From assembly GCA_964016885.1 (NCBI GenBank), contig OZ024740.1, positions 121,458,001-121,522,000 on the forward strand: DNA of 64,000 nt. The letters are read 5' to 3'. Origin of the DNA: Eledone cirrhosa. Taxonomy: Eukaryota. Below the pieces are notes generated by a model. That model did no database searches. It had not been told where the DNA came from and worked only from the letters and a program-made list of their open reading frames with translations. The position numbers and the translations under genes are program-made. Shown here in pieces: positions 50,001 through 64,000 of the stretch (within the stretch, counting starts at the first letter, position 1; each line of letters begins with the position of its first letter).

Positions 50001-51660
50001 AAGGGGTTGTCATTATATCTATCGTCATAGTTGTGTGTGTTGCTATTGTTGTTATCAGGGTGGTTGTTGTTGTTTCTATCATTAGCATTATTATTATTGT
50101 TATGATTGCTAGATGTATTGTTGTTTACTTCACCGTTATTGTTGTTGTTTTTACTGTTATTTCTATCATTGTGGTTGTTACTTTTATTATGTTTCTTGTT
50201 TTTGTTGTGTCTATCATTGATGTTGCTACATGTACTATTTCCATTATTACCACTGTGGTTATTGTTGTTGTTGTTCGTATTGTTACCGTTATTACTACTG
50301 TGGTCGCTGTTGCTGTGTCTGTGGTTAATGTTTCTATTATTATTATTATTGTGGTTGTTGTTGTTCTGTCTATCGCTAGTATTATTACCATTATCACTAT
50401 TTCTCACTTTCATGCTATTGTTATGGTTATGGCTGTGTATTTCTATACCCAGAGTTATTGTTTATATTACTACTACCGTTATTATTGTTGTTGTTGTTTA
50501 CCTTTACATTCCAACGTATTTTTGTGAAACACTTTTCCAGCTCCGTTTTGCACTCCATAGGGTTAATCTTTTTGTAGATGGCAAATTTTGGTGGTAACCG
50601 TAGGATTTGTTGTTCTTGTTCACTGATTAAAGTGTTCCCATAGATATTTACTGTGTGGTCATTGGTAAATTCTTCCGGTAGTTTTACATCAGTCATACGG
50701 ATATTGTCGATGTTATCTGGGTATTTTTGAGAATATTCGATTTTCCTTTCTTGTAGTTTTTTTCTTATTCATCCATTCTAATTTCTTCTTGAAATGCCTA
50801 TTGCATTCGTTTCGAGCGTATTTCGTTTCACGTCGGATGGTGCTCATGAAGTTATCTCTCTCGTTTGCTGTGATGAGATTTCGGATTTCCTTACCGTTAA
50901 TGCGTTTCTGTCTGTAGAGTGCGTTGACTTTTGTGTATGTTGTTCTTTTCATATTAACTGTTATTGTGTGTTTTAGTCGTTCGGCTTGTGTTTTGTTCAA
51001 TAATAAATTATTTACTTGTTTTGATAAGTTTGTTGTGTATGTTTTGGAGGAAACACAGTGTTTTAAGAAGCGGATTTGTTCTGTTGTTATTGTAGTTTTT
51101 ATATAACAGAAAACAGTGTCTTTCAATAACCTTTCATCTTGGCACCACCTAATACCGTAGCGGCGATGAATTAGTTTTGCGAGGTCTTTTTATATGAAAT
51201 CGTGGGTCGAAACAAATATTGTTATACTTGGGGAGGGTCATATTTGTGTAATATTGCCAGAATTAATAACAGAACACACTCACTGTTTGGTTGGTTTTCG
51301 CTTCTCGCTCTCTTTTATATCGGTAATCTAACTTACTCGGACCTCAATGTTGCCACTGACTGACCGACGGTCAAAAATAATACAGATACAATATAGACAC
51401 AAACACATATATATAGTTTATCATAAATCTTTCGTTGCACATCTGCAACATCTTCAGTGGTGTTATATTTTCCTCCTGTTGTGTCTATATTGTATCTGTA
51501 CTATTTTTGACCGTCGGTCAGTCAATGGCAACATTGAGGACCGAGTAAGTTAGATTACAGATATAAAAGACAGCGAGAAGCGAAAACCAACCAAACAGTG
51601 AGTGTGTTCTGTTATTAATTCTGGCAATATTACACAAATATGACCCTCCTCAAGTATAAC
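47083..51660 (-). mobile_element. Full-length but mutated PLE, family B, with direct 5' pseudo-LTR, 3' tail and inverted terminal arm
   Basis: 5' pseudo-LTR ~51218-51483 repeats 47130-47394. Tail 47083-47129 equals 51170-51217. Inverted arm 51481-51660. Confidence 0.95.
47606..51241 (-). pseudogene. PLE RT-GIY-YIG polyprotein, with several frameshifts and in-frame stops (e.g. TAG at 48251-48253)
   Basis: Starts MTLPKYNN. Motifs LRLPPKFA, PTDKSG, SMDVVSLYPSI, YSRYVDD, YIGETARSIGERIDQH. Confidence 0.92.
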
Positions 51661-51687
<27 letters not shown>

Positions 51688-51691
<4 letters not shown>

Positions 51692-52117
51692 TATATAGAA
51701 ATTATATGAATCAAAGTTCAGTTTAAATCATTTATTTGCTTACAATTGTTTCCTCCAAACCGAGGTTTTGATTCTTCGGAGCAACTATTTAATTTTGTCC
51801 TTTAATATGACTGTATGTAAATTGCCTTGCTATATTATTATGATGGATGTCAACCCACTGTGGGTAAATATATACATGTGTTTTTATATGTCTCTTGTGT
51901 TGAAAAGGAGGTCAAGTATGTAAAAATCACTAAATAGTTGCTCCGAAGAATCCAAACCTCGGTTTGGAGGAAACAATTGTAAGCAAATAAATGATTTAAA
52001 CTGAACTTTGATTCATATAATTTCTATATAACTGCTCTGTAAAACAACTGATGTTATTTCATTGACCTATTTATCTTACTGGTAATAAGATAGTAATGAA
52101 TTACTGTCTTTCACTAT
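51688..52117. mobile_element. Fold-back HHR element with tail
   Basis: 51690-51791 is inverted at 51931-52031. Tail to ~52117. Confidence 0.8.
51938..51986 (+). ncRNA. Type I HHR with U4C core (mirror copy 51736-51784)
   Basis: TTGCT-CCGAAGA-aTCCAAACC-tc-GGTTTGGAg-GAAAC-aatt-GTA-AGCAA, then AATAAA. Confidence 0.8.
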
Positions 52118-52196
52118 TTAGGGTTTAAAATATATATAACTATAAAAGGTTTTATTATATACATAACCATAAATAGTATCCTTAATACTATATATA

Positions 52197-52261
<65 letters not shown>

Positions 52262-52306
52262 ATTGAATACTGTTGCCTTTTCTCTACAATGTTTTCTATA
52301 CCTTTC

Positions 52307-52343
<37 letters not shown>

Positions 52344-52384
52344 AATATACTATACATATATAAATATATATATATATATATATG

Positions 52385-53215
52385 TACATTGATTGCCAGT
52401 GCTAACTATGTGTCATCGGCATAGGTAGTAATGGATGTTGTATGTTCGACAGAGATCATGTCTGAGATCCAACAAAACAGTATTAGTCCCAAGACTCTGT
52501 CCTGGGACACCCCACTTGTTAGAGGGCCCCTTAGGCTGCAACTGTCTGGCTTCTATCTTTAAAGAAACATGCAGCTCTCATCTATTTTTCCAGTTATGCC
52601 GAGTCTGAATAGTTTGTGACAAATCATTCCGTGGTCGACCTTGTCAAAGGCCTTCGCACAGACAAGAAATATCACGTCCACATGGAAGTTATCTAGCAGT
52701 TGTTTCATTATTCAGTCATAGTGTTGTAACAGCTGTGTAAGGCAGCTTCTTTCTGCGTAAAGGAAATGCTGCGTGCTAGTTAGGTCGTCATTTAACTTGA
52801 GGAACGTGATCAGTTTCTTTCTGATGATTCGTTCCACAACCTTAGTATGTGATGTCAAGAAGACTGGCCTGTAGTTATTGGCATCCGCTCTGCTGCTTCC
52901 TCCTTTATGGATGGGGCATATTGTGCCTTCTTTTAGCTCTCTGGGTAGTGTACCGCTAGCCAAATAACTTCTGAAGCGGGTCGTCAGTGGTGTTGCTAAG
53001 CCACGTTTACATATTTTAGGTGGATTGCTGCGAATCCATCAGGCCCAGTCGATGAGATTGTTCTAATTTCGTCTATGGAGAATATCACATCTTCCTAAGT
53101 TATATCTACGTGGTTGATGGTCGCCATTTCTTCATGGAGTGTTGTGGCATCAAATAAATCCTCTGGCTTTCTTATTTCCATGTGCTTCAATGGAGGTGTG
53201 AACACACTTTTGTAA
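52385..53215 (-). pseudogene. Non-LTR retrotransposon (CR1/L2-type) RT fragment
   Basis: ICPIHKGG...NYRPVFLTS...SCLTQLL...KAFDKVDH...YADDT. Confidence 0.85.
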
Positions 53216-53257
53216 TGTCTTTCATTTGAGCCCTCTTCGCATCTTAGTCTTCAAATG

Positions 53258-53355
<98 letters not shown>

Positions 53356-54691
53356 AAAGACATAATACGTGCAACTTAATATAAACATAGGCTCAAAGAG
53401 ACGTTTGCTCACACAGGGATACAAATATGCATACATACCTTTTCTAATAACTCCTCGTGTGCATACATACCTTTTATGGATGAAAGGCCAAGTTGATATC
53501 GGTGGGATTTGAACTCAAACAGCAGAAATTATAAACAAATACTTCAAAGATTTGTATCCAACGTTATAATGATTCTGCCAATTTGCAGCAATGCATACTT
53601 GTATTTATGTATAAAATATCTCAATGGTATATCCAGAGAGTGCAGCCTTTTGGGACATGATTATCTCACAAGGCGTCATAAAAATCAGCCTAAAAGGTAG
53701 CATTTTCGTGTATGAACTGCAGGTATATGGCAAATATATAAATATTATAATAACGAAGTTAGGTTTGGTTATGACATTCCCAAAAGTCGTAGGCATGGGC
53801 ATTATTTAAATTAATTGTTTCTACATGGTTGTAAATATGGGAAAATTCTGCATATCGGTCTAGTAAAAACTTTAGCAATGATCTTGCTATTTCACCATTA
53901 TCTAAGAAGGAACGTTATAAATACGGTTGAAACTTGTAAGGTGCAATGCATAAGTAGGAAATAGTACAGCCCGATAAATTATATATGGCCAGCGATGCTC
54001 TCATATATAATAGATTATTGACACACAAGGAACTTGTTGTACCATTTATCGTATAAACATTTGGGCTCCCTAGGTGAGGCACGGGTCATAGTGTTTAAGG
54101 TCTGGTGGTTGCTAAACAATATCGAAAATGACCAGAACGTCACACAAATTGGAGGGATTTATGTAAAATGAAATTAATGAGAGAGAGGCTTTATGAAAGA
54201 TTAAATGTAGGCAATTCGATATGTTCCCTGATTAATTGCTCTGAACACATACCTAGAGGAGCTCACTAACCCTTCAATAACATACACCAGAAAAAATCAT
54301 TTCTGTGGGTCAGCAGGTATCCTGCATGGTAATGTTGTCAGAAAGATAGAAATTAAGGAAGCAGTATATACATTTCAGTTCCGTCGCGAAGAGTTGGTGG
54401 AATTGTGAGAGCGTAGGACGTCATGCCCTGACTTATTCATTTTTTAGAAACACTGCTCCTTAGAATCGAGACATATCCGAGGATCTTGCGATTTCAGAGT
54501 CAGGTTTGATCATTGCACCGATGCTGCCCCGAGCTGGTCGCCCGAGAAACGATTGTAATATGTCTAATAAATGTTATTCGTCGCACCACTGATTCTCCGT
54601 TTCTTATGTGATATGTATATATATATGTGTGTGTGATATATATATGTGATATATATAGATATATATATGTGTGTGTGATATATATATATAT

Positions 54692-54758
<67 letters not shown>

Positions 54759-54775
54759 ATATATAGAAATGGATA

Positions 54776-55370
54776 CACAACAGTTAGTTCACCATACCGA
54801 GAACACAATTATTTCACCTTAGCGGATCCTCAGCTTGTAATATACATGGTTATACGGAACAGGAAGGACAACCGTACGAACGCGCATGCGCAGAAACGTC
54901 AAGTTCACAAAATCAATGCTAAGATGCGTGCGAGAGGTGTAAGGGAGATAAATGCGAAAGACCGAACACATTTTAGTTGATAAGAAAATTAGGATGTTGT
55001 TGTAATTCAATCCGGAGTTTGCAGTTATGTAAGAGGTGTTTCGAGACGTGTGGACAACGTGTGAAGCATTCTATTATCGTGTTTAGGCAATCGCTATTGC
55101 ATAATCTCTTTAGAATATTTATTTGTTCATCAATACATAGTCCACACGACGAATTTCCCCTTGCGTATGGCTTGGACTTAGTGATGGCTTTCCATTGAAT
55201 GGAGGAGTCTATACTTGAGTCCATGAGGGACCATACGAGTCTCACGAGTTTCGTGGATGAACGTCTGTGCGGGTAACTAAATGTTGACTGGTGGTTCAGG
55301 AAGAATCGTTCCTTAAATTGGCCCTCTGCGAGACCCACATAGGATTTGACCTCCTTTCGAAACACTGGCC
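54776..55370 (-). mobile_element. Hydra-like PLE 3' fragment (GIY-YIG)
   Basis: YVGLAEGQFKERF...WKAITKSKPY...CGLCIDE...CLN...CPH. Degenerate HHR CTGAGGA...GAAA at ~54805-54838. Confidence 0.8.
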
Positions 55371-56340
55371 AATCTGGCAGACTAGCTAGTCTGCCACTTG
55401 GTAAGGGGATTTACACACCGATCTTGGCTGTATCGGTGTGTACCAATATATCCATGTAGATGGATGAGAACATGTATATGTATGTGTGTATGGGTGCACT
55501 TACACTTCCATACATGTATGTCGAGACGATTCTGGATCACAAAGTTTGAATAAGCGTGAACACGAGAACTGCAGTTATCTAATTAGCCTACCGCTAATAA
55601 TACTAATATACTTACTGTTAGTACTACTATTATAATTATGACTTCAGGATATTTCATCATTTTATTTTTTCATAGAACATTTTTCCCATTCATTCAATTA
55701 TCATGGTGTTATTACCTGTTGTGTGTTACACCCCGTGTTATTCTACGATGTACTGTAAATCCGTTCAATCCCCGATAAAATGTATATATATATATAGTTA
55801 TTTATTTACTTACTTATTTACTTACCAGCCTTTAACCTCTATCCTATATTCCTTTATATTCTTCATCCCCACATATTCTTACAATTTTATTTTTCTACCG
55901 CCTCAATAACACAGAAATACGGGACATAAATTGTACAACCTATCCGCCTCGTGTCATCCTGCCCTTCCCTCTGCTTCACTGTCACACCTTCTCATTCTTT
56001 AAATGTTTACCCCAACCACTCACATTACACCAGAAGCTCCATTCTATCTGCTATTAAATTGTCAACGCTTCAGTCCGTCCCTGCCTCTACCACTAGATAT
56101 ACCACACCATATTTAACGCTCTACATGAATGATTCCGTCATCAAGCTAATAGAAATCTGGTGAACTTTTTACTCTAGTCATGTCCGATTGTTAGAGAGGA
56201 AATCTTGTGCAGATCAATCGCTAAACGTACGGTAACCGTGAATAATCTAATGAAAAGTCCATACATCCATGCGTATTATAAATATTATATATATATATAT
56301 AATATAATATATATATATATAATATATATATATATAATAT

Positions 56341-56372
<32 letters not shown>

Positions 56373-56393
56373 ATATATATATATATAATATAT

Positions 56394-56425
<32 letters not shown>

Positions 56426-56537
56426 ATATATATATATATAATATATATATATATAATATATATATATATAATATAATATATATATAATATAATATATATA
56501 TAATATAATATATATATAATGTAATATATATATAATG

Positions 56538-56915
<378 letters not shown>

Positions 56916-56924
56916 TATATTATA

Positions 56925-57025
<101 letters not shown>

Positions 57026-57329
57026 GTGTGTGTGTGTATGGAGAGAACGAGAATAAAAGGAAGAGAGAGATTGAAGGTTACCAGTTTGGAATTGTAAGAC
57101 CCTTGTTTACTTAGGCTACACTTTAAATAAATTGGGACCCCATTTCTGAAGAAACGCGCATTGGGAAGAGCTGAAGGGGAAAGAATAATTATTTTATCCA
57201 TTCGCCGTCAAAACCACAGGAGCTGCCTGTCGGACAGTCACTCGTTATAATATAGTCGATTTAATCTACCTTCCGGAGTTATAGATTGTAAAACAGGGAA
57301 CATTAGTGGTTGTAGCACAGTCTTACTAA

Positions 57330-59111
57330 CACCGTGTAACATATTTTGTGTTCCCCGGTTCTAAGTGTCATTTCATGGTTTGTTATATCCCATTATTATT
57401 AAAAGAACACTATTATTTAATCATAAGTTTTGGTTTGTTGTCAGGAGTTTGATATTTCGAAATGTTCATATTTTTCAAGATAAAACACATTTTTTTAAAA
57501 TTTATCAGTTCATATAATTAAATCAACAGAGTATATATTTATTTTATTACACAAGCTTATCAAAAGCAAACAAGTAAAAACAAATAAACTTATAAAGCAA
57601 CTTACTTATACACGTCAGAAATGACTGGATTTCCTGGATTTGCGGTTGTAGTCAAGGTCGCATTCCCGCACTAGCCCCCATCATTCTTTCATTGTAGTGG
57701 CCCAGGTACCACCGCTCTATCTCTTTCACATCTTGGTGGAATCGTTCTACTTGTTCTTCTGTGTAGGCGCCCATATTGTCCTTGAACTTTTCCAGGTGAG
57801 CGTCCAGCATATGGAATATAAGCGACATCCTGCATCCCATGGCGCCAAAAGCGTTTGTCAGATCCTGCACCAGTTGCTGGTAGTTTTCAGCTCTGTAGTG
57901 GCCCAGGAAGCCCTTAACAACTGCCTGGAAACAGTTCCATGCTGTTCTCTCAATCCTATTGAGTGTATTGGAGAACTCGGTAGACTCAAACACCTTCTTT
58001 ATCTGAGGTCCAACAAAAATACCACCTTTGATTTTGGCCTCAGATAACTTGCGGAAGAACTGAAGAAGGTACTTAAAAGCGGCTGATTCTTGGTTGACAG
58101 CCTTCACAAACTGCTTCATCAACCCCGACTTAATGTGCAGTGGCGGCATGAGCACAATCCTGGGATCAACCAATGGCTCCACATGACTTTCCGGGTCCAA
58201 ACTACAAATTCTGTTCGCTGCTCCCAGTTCTTTCTTTTGTAGTGGTCAGAGGTAGCTCTGCTGTCCCAAAGGCAGAGAAAGCATTGGAATTTGATAAAGC
58301 CTCATTGCAGTCCAAGCAGGAGAGCCACCATCTTGAAGTCTCCAATGATTTCCCAATCGTACTGGTTTTATTGCAGAGCTTCCAAGAGGACGTTCAGACT
58401 GTAGTAATCTTCCTTCAGGCAGACTGAATTAGCTAGGGGCAGTGTCGGGAACTTGTTTCCATTGTGGAGGAGGACAGCCTTCACACTTGTGGTGGAGATG
58501 TCTATAAATAGCCTTGGGCACAAACGGCACAAACGGCACCCCAATAACGTCAAACAGTCTAGGCACATCATGTCAGAAGCAGAGGCCATCCCTAAGAGTG
58601 TAAAAGTCTGTGAAAGGTTCGTGTCGACTCCTCTGACTTGTCAACTGCACTTCCTCCTTGACCAGGTTCCGCTGCTTCATCCTGGAGACGAATAGCTCTG
58701 CATTGGACTTGGTCAGATCCATATCCCTGACCAAATCATTGACTTCGTTTGGTTTGACAAGTGAGGAACTTTTTCTGGTACCCCAGTATCAATACATCTC
58801 TTTAATCCACTTTTTAACAATTGTATACTTTATTGCACTTTTATAATTTTCTTTAGGTATTACTCTTTATTTTATAATTTTAATTTAACCTGAAACATAT
58901 ATAAAAAAATCATTTAACATAAGTAAATTAAACTTACATACAACGTAAAATCCAACATACAAATAATTCTAGTGAATAGCTTAGAATTTTTACAAACCCA
59001 AAATTTTAACTGTTTAATAGCACTTTTATTTTATTGATTTGGGACCTAAGCAACACAAAAAAAGTGATTACAAGCGAGGAACAGGGGGGAAAAAATGTTT
59101 GTTACACGGTG
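57330..59111 (-). mobile_element. DNA transposon with short TIRs and probable TA target (resembles the TcMar-m44 type)
   Basis: CACCGTGTAACA (57330) and TGTTACACGGTG (59111) followed by TA. Transposase remnants inside. Confidence 0.82.
57652..58760 (-). pseudogene. Transposase, frameshifted
   Basis: RLFIDISTTSVKAVLLHNGN, PPLHIKSGLMKQFVKA, GIFVGPQIK, EEQVERFHQD. Confidence 0.85.
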
Positions 59112-61287
59112 TAATCGCGATCATTCCATGTATAGTTGTGCTATATCTCATTGATTCTTCCTGCTAAATATATTTGTATAAAGTGACTCTGCCTTTTCAT
59201 CTATATTTCGGTATCATGAGTTAAACTTTCTTACAGAACGCACAATTCACCAAGCTTCTACGGGATGTCGTGAGAATACTGAAGGGAATGATGCGTTTTG
59301 CTTGGTGATATAAGCAATGTTATCTTGTAATTGCTATTGGTAGCTCATACCGTAAAATACAAATATACGTTTAGCCGACACTAAAATATGCAAACACGAT
59401 ACTCGCTCATTGAATGTAATTTACACATATAATGTAATTGAGGAAGTATGCAGGCCACAACATTTAATTATTCACAATGTCTATTGCAACAATCTTGTCT
59501 TACTCAGACAGGGGTTGTTCTAAATTGTTAATTACATGCATATAAACGGAAAATGAATGTTTTATAATACTCCTAACAAAAAAATCTTACTTAATAACAG
59601 GAAACAAAACATCGAACGGTATGAACATAGACGATTTCTACTCAGTCATTTTAATTTCTTTATAACCTCGAAATAATAATAGATTGTTCTACTATAATTT
59701 TGATTTCATTTCAAGTTCAAATGATAACACAATACCCCTGCTTCATCTCCAGAATGAAGAAAGTAAAGAATACAAAATAGATGAATAAATAAACATATGC
59801 GCAATAATATCAACTACCATGATTATAATAAAAGCCAACATAACAATAACATAATTTTTTTGTTTTATATTTTTGTTTTAATTTGCGACAAATTATTCTC
59901 TTGAGGTGAAATGTGAGATGTGGTTTACTTTCTGGTGTTGGTGTGTCCGAAATGTTAAGGAAAAATAAACATCATGCTGTCTGATTTGATTGATTAATAA
60001 GTAAACGATACCTTACAAAGCTCTTGGTTTAATCTTTTAAATTTCCGCCTGCGTCTGTGTTCAATTGTATGTGCGTTTATAATACACATATATATGTATT
60101 GTCTCCCAATTCTGACTTGCTTCTAGAGGCTCTTCAACAGTTATCTTTTGCTTCTATTTTTCCGAAAAGTCTAGAAAATAAATGATTAATCAATAACCAA
60201 TTACACACGAAGCAATAAAATTGCATTGCATCTTGTTGTGTGTGAGGTTTAAATACTCACAAATCGGACGCATTTAAATGTACATCAACCGATTATTAAA
60301 GAAAAATACTTTTAAGTATAGTGATATAAAAACTAGACGATATAAAATGCTGAAATATAATGGTAATATATATTAAAACCATTACAAGTGGAGGGGGCGT
60401 TTGGGAAAAAAGAACATTTGAACGTGCACAAACTTTTTCGATTAATTCAGAAATAAGTACTTACATATTTGAATGTTGGCGTCTCCATTCGAGCCTTTGA
60501 ATAAATGTATTGATTTTCCCTAGTGCGCTAAGGATGAAACCAGAATAATTTCAGCGTTCTATTCATTAAACACTACCGTGCAAAAATCTATGTCGTAATA
60601 TGTGGAAGCAGAGCCTTTGACAAAAAAGGTCTTGATTCTATATCAGTGAAATGTTATAGGCTCTCATACACCTACAATTTCGTGATCTTAATCTCAACCA
60701 ATGAGGCATTTGATATATTTAACATTCATGTATATTGTCACAATACAAAATATATATCCACGGGTTTATGTACTGATATGTTGTTGCAGTTGTTGTTTAG
60801 GAACAATTCAACGCCTATGGTCATAGTTGTTCCAGTCGGGAACATTTTTCTGTGATCTCAGACAGTGTATCTAAAACAATATTTCCCAGTGAGCCACAGG
60901 CAAGGTAAACATTATGAACTTATGTTGCAGTTTGTCATTCCCACCCTGAGATTAGTAACATGAAGCAATTATGTAAAAAAGGGATAAACAAATAAAATGA
61001 TTTGGCTGAGCCGGGAAGAAAATACTCTTACATTAACCCTGGTAGTAAATTCACTAATATTATCCTTTTAAAGTATTTAAGGTATTTTATTCATCTATGC
61101 GAATGCAACCGGATACCGTAGTATCTGGTGATTGTCAGCATCGGCAATATTTAGCCAATACAAACGATTCTTACGATCATCTTTCGAGAGGAATGCAGAG
61201 TTTGACGTTTCAGAACATGGTTTTCGTCTGCAAATGAGCAAAGGAAAACAAAAAGGTGTTATATAGCTTGAAGTTAAGTAATATAAT

Positions 61288-61476
61288 TATTTCTACTTTT
61301 GGCACAAGGCCAGCAATTATCCCAGTGCATTACTGGTGCTTTATTTTATCGACCCCGTAAGGATGACAGGCAAACTAAACCCTGGCGGGATTTGAACTCA
61401 GACCATAAAGGGCCGTAACTCTTTGCTGCAAAGCATGGCGTCCGACCCTCTACCGATACTGCCAATCCACCGCCCT
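61288..61476 (-). mobile_element. Full-length tRNA-derived SINE with 17-bp TSD
   Basis: TSD AAGTTAAGTAATATAAT at 61271-61287 and 61477-61493. Confidence 0.92.
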
Positions 61477-62293
61477 AAGTTAAGTAATATAATGTTATTT
61501 TCTCATAGCCGAATTAACAATTCCATTCCCTCTACTTTTTTTTTAAGTTTAGAGAAATATAAGGCCCGACACATTGACCTACTATCTATACAACATACGA
61601 ATTCATCAAATTCTCCTGCAGAGGTTTCTGATGAACTGTCGAGTATTTACCTGTTTAATTGGGTTGAGAAGGACAATGTCTATAACAGAGGCTCTACGAC
61701 TGGTGGAAGGGAGGGAGGCAAATATCATCAAATTGGAGACCAAGTCTTACTCCTTGGTCTGAATGCAGGAACTCTGAGAAAGATAACTGAGAGCTCGGTG
61801 TTAGTACTAAACCGAATAACGGATTAAGTCTACAGTTCGAATAATACTCAGAACGGAAAGAGGCATAACAGATGCTGCAAAATATTTAATCTGAGACTCT
61901 AATATTTCCACCAATCAACTGCCCTAGACACGTCCTTTATTGTTCCCGAAAGCTTGAAGAGCAAGGTTGACCTCAGAAAGGCTGAGAAATCAAAACGCAG
62001 AGAATCATCTTCACATGCTTTAATATATGCACACCTCATTTCTAATCAATAACATTGCAGCTTTGAATATCTCGCAAGTTTAGGGTTATCCAGGATTACA
62101 TTATTTAATAGGCCAATCTATTTTCTAAATTCATGAGAATAAATAAATCTGTTAGGGCCTCAGATAGAATGCTTTACAGTATTCATTAAGACTCAGCGCT
62201 GTGTGTTGAAATGGCGTCCAGATCATCAGTGCTTTAAAATCATTTCGAGTTAGATTAAATTAAAAACAGTTCATTGGTAAGATCGAATCGTCT

Positions 62294-62324
<31 letters not shown>

Positions 62325-63097
62325 ACGAGTCTTTGTATTTTTTTCCAATAGAAGCGTAAGGTTAGAGGGAGATTTGCCTGCAAGTACTCGGAAGTCGAGC
62401 GATTGACTCCCTATTCCACCAATAGCATATTGTATAGTAACGCAGAACCCAGGAATTGCCTTACAATATCACTGCCGGATTAGAACTTATAACGTGTACG
62501 ACGTAAATCAAATAATAGTTTGGTTTTGAAAAATGTATTAAACATACCTCGCATTCCCTCTTAAAAACGCGTGTAGTAATGTGCAGATAATACAATGCGA
62601 TTTACAAGATATTATCAAATATGCTCGACAAAATAAAATTAAAATCTCTAGAGAGCGTTAAGTTCACTATTATTCTGTCTTAGTTGGGAATTAAATATAA
62701 AGAATACTGAAATAAATGTATTACATATTTATGAACGTAGCTGATATAGCAAAGAATGAAAATGGAAAAAGAGATAAGCTTAGGATGTTTGGAATATTCA
62801 TATAAATATCGGTTTAAGCTTCTTATGGAAAATAACTTACTAGCGGTAGAAATGTCTGAGGAGAGAGGGGGTAAAGAACGAGTGACAGAGAGAAGGAGAG
62901 AAAATACAGAGGAAGACAGAATGAGAAACGTGTATCAGTGCAGCGAAGAAATACAAAGACAAATAACTGATAAGCTAAAAGAGAGGAGACTGTTTCTGTT
63001 TATAATTTTCAGAATAATTGTGTAATATAATCGAAGGCTATCATTAATTACTACCCCTATTTTCAAGTACTGCTCGAAAAATTATCATGTATGTGCG

Positions 63098-63508
<411 letters not shown>

Positions 63509-63750
63509 CAAGTAAAAATTAGCGAGAATCGAATTTCAGCCTATGAAATAACGAAAAAACACTTTCGAATTGTGAGGCAAGCGCTCAATAATTCAAAAGA
63601 ATTAGAGCTTACAACTTACGTTAAAGGCCAGACACACTGAGATGATGGTTAAACTAATTATCCACACACCGAAGATTCGATCTCCTATTTCGAGTCAAAC
63701 AGATATACAGATATAAAAATATATGAAAGCATAAATGTTTTATACTTATA

Positions 63751-64000
63751 TATTAATAAGAGGAATTCCAACTTTGTCTGATTTACTCGTTTTATTTACA
63801 ATCCTTTAAAAGGGATAATGGTATTATAATGAAATAGTATGATAGAATATTAAATGTTAAGTGTTAATTGAACAAGTACTTTCATGCTTTCGCAATCTTC
63901 AGGTCCATAATGTGTGGTGACAGTCAAGTTTGCAATTTTCAACTGTAAACAGTTAAAACTGTGACAGTTGAACATTGCAAACTTGACTGAAACCACACAT
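63751..64000. mobile_element. Family C palindromic HHR element, cut by the window end
   Basis: Arm 63751-63946, 17-bp spacer, second arm from 63964. HHR at 63869-63907 (-). Confidence 0.85.

Noticed and set aside
47606-51241. Selenoprotein-type (Naiad) PLE with in-frame UGA
   Set aside because: The endonuclease is C-terminal. The breaks I checked are frameshifts and a TAG (48251-48253) where the sister copy has TAC.
59112-63050. Short ORFs in unique-looking AT-rich DNA
   Set aside because: No motifs or structure recognised apart from the SINE.

Overview
AT-rich, gene-free eukaryotic window, probably octopus/cephalopod (inferred from the tRNA-derived SINE family and the long (TA)n tracts). 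No host exon is supportable. Almost all non-microsatellite sequence is mobile DNA, dominated by Penelope-like retroelements (PLEs; RT plus C-terminal GIY-YIG) of at least three lineages, inserted mostly into (TA)n. Many are short fold-back remnants of pseudo-LTRs. More than 20 type I hammerhead ribozyme (HHR) motifs from about a dozen families can be read by eye. Other elements are three non-autonomous Helitrons, several SINEs, a LINE RT relic and a TA-targeting DNA transposon. Four signals stand out: (1) a non-coding ~485-nt tandem HHR repeat at two loci in different circular permutations, a candidate retrozyme/circRNA family; (2) a recurring insertion architecture with one tail-bearing arm and one tail-less inverted arm; (3) a 375-bp direct repeat flanking a young PLE, resembling a giant target-site duplication; (4) compensatory U3-A8 HHR cores. 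All calls are by eye. Boundaries next to (TA)n are approximate and clade names are tentative.
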